DNA of 35,895 bases, taken from the IMG/VR virus record IMGVR_UViG_3300020191_000002; one strand, given 5' to 3'. The notes beneath the pieces were generated by a model. That model had not been told where the DNA came from, ran no database searches, and saw nothing but the letters and a program-made list of their open reading frames with translations. Origin of the DNA: a virus. Of this stretch, positions 8,095-16,770 are shown one piece after another. Position 1 is the first letter of the stretch, and each line of letters starts with the position of its first letter. A program made the translations under genes and the position numbers.

Positions 8095-10460
8095 TGTCGA
8101 TTATCCAAGGCACATCCAAGGCGGCTGGCGGTGCTGTCTACGAGATAGATCAGTCGATCCGGTTTAATGACGATGACTCGGCCTACCTTAGCCGGACACC
8201 AAGCAGTTCTGGCTCTGCTACAGACTGGACGCTATCAACATGGCTGAAACTAGGTAATTTAGGAACAGACAGGGTTATCTTGTCTGCGGGTACGGGTGGC
8301 AACCACGATTGGATACAATTTCAAAGCAACGATACTTTACGAATTGTCCGATCTGGCTCTAGCATTTTGGTCAGCAATCAAGTTTTTCGTGATCCATCAG
8401 GTTGGGGAAATTTAGTTGTTGAAAGTGATATTGATAACGCAACCGCTTCCGAAAAGTTAAAGGTCTACTGGAATGGGTCAGAAATTACTAGCTGGTCAAC
8501 AGACACTCGAAGCAGCTATTCAAGTTGGGTCTACTTTAATCAAAATGTAATTCACAACATTGGTCGAAGATCAGGCAGTAATGATCGTTATTTTGACGGC
8601 TACCAAGCAGAAATCAACTTCATCGACGGCACTGCATTAGACCCAACCAGCTTTGGCGAAACCAACGATGACGGCGTGTGGGTGCCGATAGCCTACACAA
8701 ATGCCGCAGGTTACGGAACCAACGGCTTTTATATCACAGGCGAAACAGCCGGTGATCTAGGTGAGGACTTCTCAGGTAACAACAATGATTTCACCAGCAG
8801 TGGACTAGCCACCACAGATCAGATGCTGGATACGCCGACTCTGAACTTCTCTACATTTAACCCACTTAATGTAGACGCTTATACGTTGTCTGACGGTAAC
8901 TTAAACACAGGCGCTGCTGGAGATGCAGGAGCAGTGTCTACATTTGCCATTGATGTTACTGACAGCGATGGATTTTATTTTGAAGTTGCTAGTAGCACGG
9001 CTGCTACCTACCCTGATATTGGTCTTCAAGACGCTGATGCTTTGGCTCTTGCTGGAACAACTACGATCAGTGATTACAACACGGGCAGGTATACGTATCA
9101 AGGCAACACAGGGAACTTCAACGATCAAGGATCAACTTCATCTTATGGTGCAACCTACACCACCAACACTATCGGTTGCCTAGTACAAAGTGGAAACCTG
9201 TACTTTTCTAAAGATGGCGTTATTCAAAACTCAGGCACGGCTGCAAAAACCGGCCTAACCGGCATGATGTATGCACGGGTATCCTACTCTGCTGGTTCGG
9301 GTACACACGCAAACTTTACTATAAACTTCGGGCAGTCAGCGTTTACTCACGATCCCGGCAGTACTTATAAGGCTTGGAATACCGCCAACCTTGCCACACC
9401 ATCGATCAAAGATGGGTCAGCGTACTTTGATACAAGTCTGTGGACGGGAAATGATACTGATGGCCGTGCAATAACTGGTTACAATTTCCAACCGGATTGG
9501 GTTTGGATTAAATCCCGCAGCGGTGCTTATAGCCATAACATTACCGATGCAGTACGTGGCGCTGGTATATACTTACAATCAAACGCCTCTGATCCAGAAG
9601 TAACTGGGCCGGGTGCATTTGGTTCAACGCTTGCTTTTACGAGCGACGGTTTTACGCTTGATAATGGTACCTCCGATAATCTGTACGTGAACGCAGGTGG
9701 CGAAACTTATGTTGGCTGGGCGTGGGCAGCTAACGGCGCTGGCAGCAGCAACACTGATGGCAGCATTACTAGTACGGTGTCTGCTGATACAACAAGCGGC
9801 TTCAGTATTATTCGATGGTCTGGCACAGGAGCGAACGGAACTATTGGACATGGGTTAGGTATCCAACCGTCACTCTATATCGTGAAAAATACCGCGACAA
9901 CAAACAGTTGGTTGGTCGGCAGCACGCTTTACTCTAACACGCAATTTCTGATTCTAAATGCTACTGGTGCTCTTGATACAGCAGCGGCTGTCTGGAACAG
10001 CGCATATCCAACTAGCAGTGTAATTAATCTGGGCAGCAATGTTGGCAGCAATGGTAGCGGCACGAACAACATGATCTGCTATGCGTTTGCAGAAATCCCC
10101 GGATATAGCAGCATCGGGAGTTACATCGGCAATGGATCGACAACAGATGGACCATTTGTGTACACAGGGTTTAAACCAAAATGGATTATATTTAGGTCAA
10201 CGTCTGTAAACCAACGCTGGTATATGTTGGACGTTGATAGAGCGGCTGTACCCGGTGCAAATGTTGTTAATACGCAATTCTTTGCAGAACTAGCAAATGC
10301 AGAGTCAGCACCCGATGCAGGATCAGCAACCGATTTTTTAAGCAACGGATTTAAACTCCGTACTAATGGTATAAATATAAGCGGCCAGACCATTATATAC
10401 ATGGCCTTCGCAGAGAACCCCTTCGGCGGTGACGGCGTTGCACCAGCTACAGCAAGATAA
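8094..10460 (+). CDS. Tail fibre / receptor-binding protein with an N-terminal LamG (concanavalin A-like) domain
   Basis: ATG at 8094 overlaps the upstream stop (TAATG). DWTLSTWLKLG...YFDGYQAEINFIDG pattern. Three internal modules of about 115 aa in the C-half. Confidence 0.75.
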   Translation: MSIIQGTSKAAGGAVYEIDQSIRFNDDDSAYLSRTPSSSGSATDWTLSTWLKLGNLGTDRVILSAGTGGNHDWIQFQSNDTLRIVRSGSSILVSNQVFRDPSGWGNLVVESDIDNATASEKLKVYWNGSEITSWSTDTRSSYSSWVYFNQNVIHNIGRRSGSNDRYFDGYQAEINFIDGTALDPTSFGETNDDGVWVPIAYTNAAGYGTNGFYITGETAGDLGEDFSGNNNDFTSSGLATTDQMLDTPTLNFSTFNPLNVDAYTLSDGNLNTGAAGDAGAVSTFAIDVTDSDGFYFEVASSTAATYPDIGLQDADALALAGTTTISDYNTGRYTYQGNTGNFNDQGSTSSYGATYTTNTIGCLVQSGNLYFSKDGVIQNSGTAAKTGLTGMMYARVSYSAGSGTHANFTINFGQSAFTHDPGSTYKAWNTANLATPSIKDGSAYFDTSLWTGNDTDGRAITGYNFQPDWVWIKSRSGAYSHNITDAVRGAGIYLQSNASDPEVTGPGAFGSTLAFTSDGFTLDNGTSDNLYVNAGGETYVGWAWAANGAGSSNTDGSITSTVSADTTSGFSIIRWSGTGANGTIGHGLGIQPSLYIVKNTATTNSWLVGSTLYSNTQFLILNATGALDTAAAVWNSAYPTSSVINLGSNVGSNGSGTNNMICYAFAEIPGYSSIGSYIGNGSTTDGPFVYTGFKPKWIIFRSTSVNQRWYMLDVDRAAVPGANVVNTQFFAELANAESAPDAGSATDFLSNGFKLRTNGINISGQTIIYMAFAENPFGGDGVAPATAR

Positions 10461-10469
10461 GGATAAATC

Positions 10470-11048
10470 ATGACATCAATTTATAAATGCAATGGAAAAA
10501 CCATCCGCCCCGGTCAGCAGTTCACTGACGCAGATGGCGCTACACATCCGGGTAGCTGGTACACTTACAGCGCAGAACGTAAAGCAGAACTAGGTATCAC
10601 CGAGATCGTGCAGCAGCCGCATCCCAACAGTGTACTGTATAACTGGGGCTACAATGACGACGGCACGGTTACCTCTACAGCCAAGGCGCTGGATGATGTA
10701 GACGAGGTAGACGAGAACGGCGATGCGGTTATGGAAGATGGCGTTCAGGTGGTCACACCCGGCGTCAAGTCAAACCTGATTGCTGAAGTACGGTCGCAGC
10801 AGGGGTCACTCCTGTCTCAAACTGATTGGGCATTGGTTCGCAAGGTGGACACTGCTGTAGCAGTACCTGATAATATCCAGACATGGCGCGATGCAATCCG
10901 GGCCAAGGCAACTGAGATGGAGACGGCTATCGCTGGTGCCGCTGATACAGATGCAGTAGCTGCGTTGTTCGTAACGTATACAGTTGAAGATGATGATAGT
11001 ATTACGAAGTCAGGTATTCTTTATGATTGGCCTGAGTTAGTTGAGTAA
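10470..11048 (+). CDS. Tail-fibre assembly/chaperone-like protein
   Basis: SD AAGGA. LSQTDWALVRK...WRDAIRAK resembles the phage tail assembly chaperone-like domain (from memory). Confidence 0.5.
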   Translation: MTSIYKCNGKTIRPGQQFTDADGATHPGSWYTYSAERKAELGITEIVQQPHPNSVLYNWGYNDDGTVTSTAKALDDVDEVDENGDAVMEDGVQVVTPGVKSNLIAEVRSQQGSLLSQTDWALVRKVDTAVAVPDNIQTWRDAIRAKATEMETAIAGAADTDAVAALFVTYTVEDDDSITKSGILYDWPELVE

Positions 11049-11058
11049 ACAATCAGTT

Positions 11059-11379
11059 ATGACCGCTAAACCATTTTTCATATTTTTGCTGGCTGTTGTT
11101 TTGACCGCTGTTTTTGTGCCTCCCGTTAGCTCAAACGAATACAACTGTCTCGGCGCGGAACAAGCGAAAGTCTTTGAGCCGATAGAAAACGTCAAGGGCG
11201 TAGGTATCAGGGAAGGAGGTCTAGTCAAACTGTCTGTCTCACCAGACGGCTACTGGATGCTCACACTGTCTCCACCGGAACTAAACGGAATGGTCTGTAT
11301 TATAATGATGGGGGAAAGCTGGACGTTTGTTGAACCAAGTCCTGCGGGAGAAAAGGTGAGCCATGGAAGGCGCGATTGA
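11059..11379 (+). CDS. Secreted small protein (signal peptide, no lipobox)
   Basis: ATG at 11059 preferred over the TTG at 11041. N-terminal FFIFLLAVVLTAVFVPPVSS followed by NEY. First gene of the lysis block. Confidence 0.5.
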   Translation: MTAKPFFIFLLAVVLTAVFVPPVSSNEYNCLGAEQAKVFEPIENVKGVGIREGGLVKLSVSPDGYWMLTLSPPELNGMVCIIMMGESWTFVEPSPAGEKVSHGRRD

Positions 11380-11725
11380 TCTCCGTCTGGTTATCACCCT
11401 TGGCGGCATCCTGTTCTCCGTGGCTGGCGCAGCAGCCGTAGGCAAGATGCAGATCAAGGTAATCCTTGAGGCTGTAGCCGACATGGAAAAGCGCCTTCGC
11501 GGTATGGATCGACGCATCGACTCACTCGACACAGGCACCGAAAAACAAGAGCAACGGATCAACATATTGGCTCAGATGTCGTCACCAGAGAATCTACGTA
11601 GAGATCACATGACGATGGCGACACTCTTACGAGACTGTGAGCAGTTGCGAAAAGAAATGGACCACCAACTACACATTCATAATGGCAAACATGTGCCTGT
11701 CAGTGACACAAGGAAAGCAGAATGA
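11363..11725 (+). CDS. N-terminal TM plus coiled-coil protein (i-spanin or holin-regulator candidate)
   Basis: LVITLGGILFSVAGAAAVG TM segment followed by a charged helical region. ATGA-coupled to the holin. Confidence 0.5.
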   Translation: MEGAIDLRLVITLGGILFSVAGAAAVGKMQIKVILEAVADMEKRLRGMDRRIDSLDTGTEKQEQRINILAQMSSPENLRRDHMTMATLLRDCEQLRKEMDHQLHIHNGKHVPVSDTRKAE

Positions 11726-12126
11726 TCGGACTAATATCAGCCGTACTACCTTCAGTTATGGAAGTAGCCGGAAGGTTTCTTCCTGAAGACAAAGAAAAAC
11801 GTGCAGCAGCAGAGCGTGAGATTGAAGAAAAACTGACGACACATTTGGCGCAGATTGATCTTGCTCAGTTAGAGATAAACAAGATTGAAGCAGCAAGCCG
11901 TTCTGTGTTTGTAAGCGGATGGCGTCCGGCTATCGGTTGGATGTGTGGGGGTGCAATGGGTCTTAACTTTATTATATTCCCGATTGCATCGTTTGTGTTG
12001 GCACAGACAGGACATCTGGTAGAACTGCCGACGCTTGATATGTCACAGATGATGCCCGTCTTGATGGGGCTTCTTGGACTCGGAGGATTAAGGACCGTCG
12101 AAAAGATTAAACAGGTTAGTAAATGA
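11722..12126 (+). CDS. Holin, 3-TM GTA-type family
   Basis: QLEINKIEAASRSVFVSGWRPAIGWMC motif and hydrophobic C-half. Immediately upstream of the endolysin. Confidence 0.65.
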   Translation: MIGLISAVLPSVMEVAGRFLPEDKEKRAAAEREIEEKLTTHLAQIDLAQLEINKIEAASRSVFVSGWRPAIGWMCGGAMGLNFIIFPIASFVLAQTGHLVELPTLDMSQMMPVLMGLLGLGGLRTVEKIKQVSK

Positions 12127-12581
12127 CGTTTGAAGAAAATCTAAGATCAGTGATAGAACAAGACGAAGACGTTGTATATAAAACTTATAACGATCATCTT
12201 TGTAATCGTACCTGTGGTATTGGACACTTAGTTTTAAAAACAGAACCAGAATATAATTGGCCTCTTGGAACAGAGATTACTAAAGCAAGGGTAACTCAAC
12301 TGTACAATCAAGACATAGGCATTGCACTAAGAGATGCTAAATGGATTCACCCTGACTTTGATGAACTTCCAGAACCAGCAAAGATTGTAATTGCCAGCCT
12401 TTGTTTTCAACTTGGACTTCCAAGGTATCAAAAGTTTAAATTACACCATGCTGCTGTAGAGGCTAGGGATTGGCGTGAGGCGGCTGCACAGCTTAGGGAC
12501 AGTAACCTATACCGACAAACAAAGAACCGCACAGAGCGCCACTGTAGGCGCTTAGAGAGCATAGGGGAAATCAGTAAATGA
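12123..12581 (+). CDS. Endolysin, T4-type lysozyme (GH24)
   Basis: IEQDEDVVYKTYNDHLCNRTCGIGHLV aligns with the T4 lysozyme E11/D20/T26 region ([23 protein letters not shown]). Confidence 0.85.
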   Translation: MTFEENLRSVIEQDEDVVYKTYNDHLCNRTCGIGHLVLKTEPEYNWPLGTEITKARVTQLYNQDIGIALRDAKWIHPDFDELPEPAKIVIASLCFQLGLPRYQKFKLHHAAVEARDWREAAAQLRDSNLYRQTKNRTERHCRRLESIGEISK

Positions 12582-13234
12582 GTTATAGAACTGTTATAGA
12601 TAAAGTACTGACACGGCTCAGAGAGGACACCATAGGCGCTGACTGGGTTGGTCCTATTGCCGCTGCTTCCGAAGTAGACAGTTATCAAAAACTTATTGGA
12701 GAACTGGTAAATGAAGCTAAAGACCTTGTAGAAGATGCTTGGAACTGGACTGCACTTCGATCCATTGAGACTGTAACTACTTCGTCAGGTACAGTTTCTT
12801 ATACCATTCCTAATGTTAATAGCAGCTCAAGGATTCTTCAGGTTATAGATAATACTAACGATAGTATTCTAAAGCAGATAAGCGATAATGTATTTTTTAA
12901 TTACACATACATAGGAACTACTCAGAATAGTGATCCTACCTATTACAGGTTAAACGGTAACGATATTCATTTCTGGCCCACTCCTGATGGAACTTTTGAT
13001 ATTAAAGTAAACGTTGTAATTCCACAGACTGACCGCACTCTTGCAGCAGATACTTTCACTATTCCTGAAAACTTAGTAACTCTTGGAGCTTACTACCTAG
13101 CTCTTAATGAGCGAGGAGAAGACGGAGGAACAACTAGTGACCTTGGTGGTCAAAGGTTTGCTCAAGCCCTTAGCGATGCAATAGCACAGGACGATGGTCG
13201 AACCATAGACGAGAATACTTGGTATGCCAGCTAA
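12578..13234 (+). CDS. Putative head-to-tail adaptor / tail tubular A-like protein
   Basis: 218 aa. Call rests on position and size only. ATGA coupling. Confidence 0.35.
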   Translation: MSYRTVIDKVLTRLREDTIGADWVGPIAAASEVDSYQKLIGELVNEAKDLVEDAWNWTALRSIETVTTSSGTVSYTIPNVNSSSRILQVIDNTNDSILKQISDNVFFNYTYIGTTQNSDPTYYRLNGNDIHFWPTPDGTFDIKVNVVIPQTDRTLAADTFTIPENLVTLGAYYLALNERGEDGGTTSDLGGQRFAQALSDAIAQDDGRTIDENTWYAS

Positions 13235-14864
13235 ACCAATACGCCCCATTGTTCTCACGGGCATAGGAGCAAGAGGACTTAACACTCAAGCACAGAGTTC
13301 AACACTTGGACCTGAGTGGCTGACTCAAGCTGAGAATGTTGTCTATGATCTTGAAGGCCGTATGGGTCCGAGGAAAGGCATCCAACAAGTATCAAAACCC
13401 ATTGCTAGTCCTATAAAGTCTATAGGAGAATACGTTAAGCCTGATCGTACTAGAGAGTACTACGCAGGAAGTGGAGCTACTATTGTTAAAGTAGACTTTA
13501 CAACAGTGCCTTATTCTTTGATTACTCAAACTTTCTCAGGAACTCCTCAGACTATTACCGATAGTAACTGGCAATGGGTAAACTTTAATGACGAGTTCTG
13601 GGGTGTACAGTCAGGTCACAAGGTTATTAACTTTGACGGAACTGATTGGTACGACATTGATGATCTAGCTGGTTATCATGCTCCGGCTGGTATTACTACC
13701 TTTGATCCTAACTGCGCTCTTGGTGAATTTGGTCGTATATTCTACGGCGGTGTTACCGAAGCAAAAGGAACTTTGTTTTATTCTGATAACCTTGTTGGTC
13801 AGGATTTAAACACAGGTGCGGCAGGTATTATCGATCTTAAAACTGTTTGGGGTAACGACGAGATAGTTGGCTTAGGTTCTTTGGAAGACAAGCTAGTTAT
13901 CTTTGGTAAACAAAACATTGTAATTTACAGCGGCGCTCTCAATCCTGCTACGATGGTTCTTGAAGAACTCATTAGAGATACAGGACTTGCAGGTAGAGAC
14001 AATATTGTTTACATCGGTGCTGATATAGTCTTTATGAGTTATGAAGGTGTGCAGTCAATACAACGTGTACAACAGTCTGACGGTAAAGCTCCCATTGAAG
14101 GGTTATCCACAACAGTTCGTAATGATCTTACTAGGCTTCTTACTGCAGCAGATTTGGCTACGGTTAAAAGCGTTTACTATCAAAAAGAAGGTCTAATGAT
14201 AACCTTTATGCCTGAACAAGACAAGGCATACACGTTTGATTTTTCTTTGGGAAAGAAAGAGTTTCCCAGAATAACTACTTGGACTTTCAATATTAATCCT
14301 CTATGTGCTGTTACTACTCTTGATGGTAAGATGTACATGGGTATTTCCAATGCAGTAGCAAAGTATGATAAATACTATGATACACTTCTTGTAGACTCCA
14401 CTAGTACGTATGGAAGTTCTGGTGTTTGTATTGCTGCAGGAAACACATGGGATGGGGCTGTCTGTTGGTCTACTACCAACTACGAATATAACTGGCTGTT
14501 TGAAACTCCTTGGTCAGATTTTAACGATCCTATCTTTTCAAAGATTATTAAGTCTGGCTTGTTTACAATTACGGGCGGTAAGGGTGCATCAGCCACTATT
14601 GAAATTTCAAAGGATTACGAAGAGGACTCAAGGTTTTCAAAGACGTTTTCTCTTAGTAGTGATTCTAGCTTCTACTTGTACGGAGCAGCAAATTCTTTAT
14701 ATGGGATAGCTAAGTATGCTCCGACATCCGGTCCTGAAGAATACAAAGTATCTCTGGCTAGGACAGGAAAAACTTTGCGTATTAAAATGACCTTTGATGT
14801 TAAAGGTCGGTACTCAAGTCTTATCAACTTAACCCTGCTTACCAAACAAGGTAAAACACGGTAA
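13224..14864 (+). CDS. Putative tail tubular B / nozzle protein
   Basis: 546 aa. 11-nt overlap with the adaptor candidate. Call rests on position and size only. Confidence 0.35.
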   Translation: MPAKPIRPIVLTGIGARGLNTQAQSSTLGPEWLTQAENVVYDLEGRMGPRKGIQQVSKPIASPIKSIGEYVKPDRTREYYAGSGATIVKVDFTTVPYSLITQTFSGTPQTITDSNWQWVNFNDEFWGVQSGHKVINFDGTDWYDIDDLAGYHAPAGITTFDPNCALGEFGRIFYGGVTEAKGTLFYSDNLVGQDLNTGAAGIIDLKTVWGNDEIVGLGSLEDKLVIFGKQNIVIYSGALNPATMVLEELIRDTGLAGRDNIVYIGADIVFMSYEGVQSIQRVQQSDGKAPIEGLSTTVRNDLTRLLTAADLATVKSVYYQKEGLMITFMPEQDKAYTFDFSLGKKEFPRITTWTFNINPLCAVTTLDGKMYMGISNAVAKYDKYYDTLLVDSTSTYGSSGVCIAAGNTWDGAVCWSTTNYEYNWLFETPWSDFNDPIFSKIIKSGLFTITGGKGASATIEISKDYEEDSRFSKTFSLSSDSSFYLYGAANSLYGIAKYAPTSGPEEYKVSLARTGKTLRIKMTFDVKGRYSSLINLTLLTKQGKTR

Positions 14865-14890
14865 TTTAATTTAACAGAAAGAGAAACACA

Positions 14891-15670
14891 ATGAGTTTTT
14901 GGGGAGACGTAATCGGTGGAGGCTTGAGTTTTCTTGGAGCAAGAGAGTCTTCAAAAGCAGCTACACAAGCAGCACAAACAACGGCAGACGCAGCAAGGGC
15001 AAATGCAGCATCGGCTACTGCAGCAGCTATTCCGTACACAATAGGTTCTTTGGGCGGTGTAGCTGATTTCGATCCTGACAAGAAATCAGGTTACCTTGGA
15101 CTTTCTCCGCAGCTTTCAGACATCTACGCTGGTGCTTTAGAGCGCAGTGGGATGTTTGGCGCACAGGGCTATGGCTATGCAGCTATGGACCCTTTTGCAG
15201 CAGGTGAGTTGTTCTTTCAGCAGTCAGACCCTTACTACCAACAGCAGCAGGATCGCACCAGAACAGAGCTAGAGACTAGACTGTTGGCTCAGGGACGCCT
15301 TGGCTCTACTGGCGGCGCTCTTGAGCAAGAGGCTCTTGAGACAGGCATAGCCAACCAACAGATGCAAAGACGAGAAGCTGGGTTTACAAAAGCACAGGCG
15401 CTTATAGATACTCTTCTTGGCAGGGAACGTGGCGACATTGCTCAGGCAGTTGGGCTTCTTGATATACCCCTTCAGCAAGCAAATGTTGGCCGTGGTATCG
15501 GTGGTACTATTGGTGGAACTGCGGCTGCTGGCTTGGCCTCTCAATCTGCATCTCAAAAACTACTGGCTGAAGTTCAGGGGCAAAACCCCGGTATGTTTGG
15601 TGCGGCTGCCGCAGGTCTTGGTCAGTACATCACTAAAAACTTTGGCAGTCAGACGCCTAAGAATCCATAA
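14891..15670 (+). CDS. Putative internal virion protein (Ala/Gly/Gln-rich)
   Basis: 259 aa, low complexity. Placed by synteny with T7 gp14-16-type genes. Confidence 0.35.
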   Translation: MSFWGDVIGGGLSFLGARESSKAATQAAQTTADAARANAASATAAAIPYTIGSLGGVADFDPDKKSGYLGLSPQLSDIYAGALERSGMFGAQGYGYAAMDPFAAGELFFQQSDPYYQQQQDRTRTELETRLLAQGRLGSTGGALEQEALETGIANQQMQRREAGFTKAQALIDTLLGRERGDIAQAVGLLDIPLQQANVGRGIGGTIGGTAAAGLASQSASQKLLAEVQGQNPGMFGAAAAGLGQYITKNFGSQTPKNP

Positions 15671-15681
15671 GAAAGTTTTAA

Positions 15682-16770
15682 ATGTATCAATATCCTTATA
15701 CTGAAGCTCCTTCAGAATCCTATCAGCTTCCTTCATGGCTTTCAAATTACTACAGCAATAGAGAAGCAGGGTTGTTTGGGTCAGAATCTAACAAGTTTTT
15801 CGAAAGTAGACCTGTTCTTACGTATTCTGAACAGGCTGCTCAAACTCCTATGTTTTATTCTAGCCCAAAACCCCGTCGTTTTGACACAAACGCGCCAACA
15901 ATGGAAGACATTGAGGCTGAACTAGCTCAGGCTGGTACGGTAAATAGTTGGGAAGATTGGGCATCGGCTCTTGCAACGGGTTTAGGTATAGTATCTAATC
16001 CGGTTGCAGGAATGTTTGGCCTTGGACTAAATATGGCGATGGGTCGAAACGCCACTAACATGAGTACCTTTGATGCATTAGCTTCAGAGTTTGCAGAACA
16101 AACTGGCTACGCTGCTACACCAGCAGGTATTGAAGCAGCGGTAACTGACAATAGAGGAACTTGGGGAGCTTTTGCAGATTTCTTTGGTTTCGGTGAGAAC
16201 ATCAGTGACATAGACATTGACTATGCAGACATTGCCGATATTACCAGTATATCAAACGATGTAACTGAAAGCGGTGAAGGAGCGGCTAGTTCTTGGAGTG
16301 ATGCAGTATCCGGTTTGGCGGACGGTTACGATGGCTACGGCGTTGACGAGGGCGACGAAAGTAGTACTTCAGGTTTTGACTTTGGCGACATGTCTGATTG
16401 GGGCGGTGGCGGTGGCGGTGGCGGTGGTGCTGGCGGTGGCGGTGGTGGTGGTGCTGGCACATACATCTGCACTGCAGCCTACGCTAACGGAGTAACAGAC
16501 TACAAAACATTTAGTGCTAATCGCAAGTATGGAATAAATCTACGTAGAAACGATCCGTATCTTATGAAGGGCTACGACCTTGTAGGGCCAAGGCTAGCTA
16601 AAATGTTTGGCAGAACTAAAATTGCAAGGGTCTTAACAAACTATTACAAAATGGATTTGGATAAAAAAGTTCTTTCTTTTCGCTATAAGCTCTTGCAAAT
16701 TTTTTTAAAAGGCATAATGAGGCCAGTGGTCAGAACTATAGGTTATTTAGATGAACGCATCTTTAAATAA
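15682..16770 (+). CDS. Putative internal virion protein with acidic centre, poly-Gly linker and AT-rich C-terminal domain
   Basis: 362 aa. G9-A-G7-A-G tract. The C-terminal 105 aa are compositionally distinct. Confidence 0.35.
   Translation: MYQYPYTEAPSESYQLPSWLSNYYSNREAGLFGSESNKFFESRPVLTYSEQAAQTPMFYSSPKPRRFDTNAPTMEDIEAELAQAGTVNSWEDWASALATGLGIVSNPVAGMFGLGLNMAMGRNATNMSTFDALASEFAEQTGYAATPAGIEAAVTDNRGTWGAFADFFGFGENISDIDIDYADIADITSISNDVTESGEGAASSWSDAVSGLADGYDGYGVDEGDESSTSGFDFGDMSDWGGGGGGGGGAGGGGGGGAGTYICTAAYANGVTDYKTFSANRKYGINLRRNDPYLMKGYDLVGPRLAKMFGRTKIARVLTNYYKMDLDKKVLSFRYKLLQIFLKGIMRPVVRTIGYLDERIFK
16402..16458 (+). repeat. (GGY)n trinucleotide tract encoding G9AG7AG
   Basis: Read directly: 19 consecutive GGC/GGT/GCT codons. 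Confidence 0.9.
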
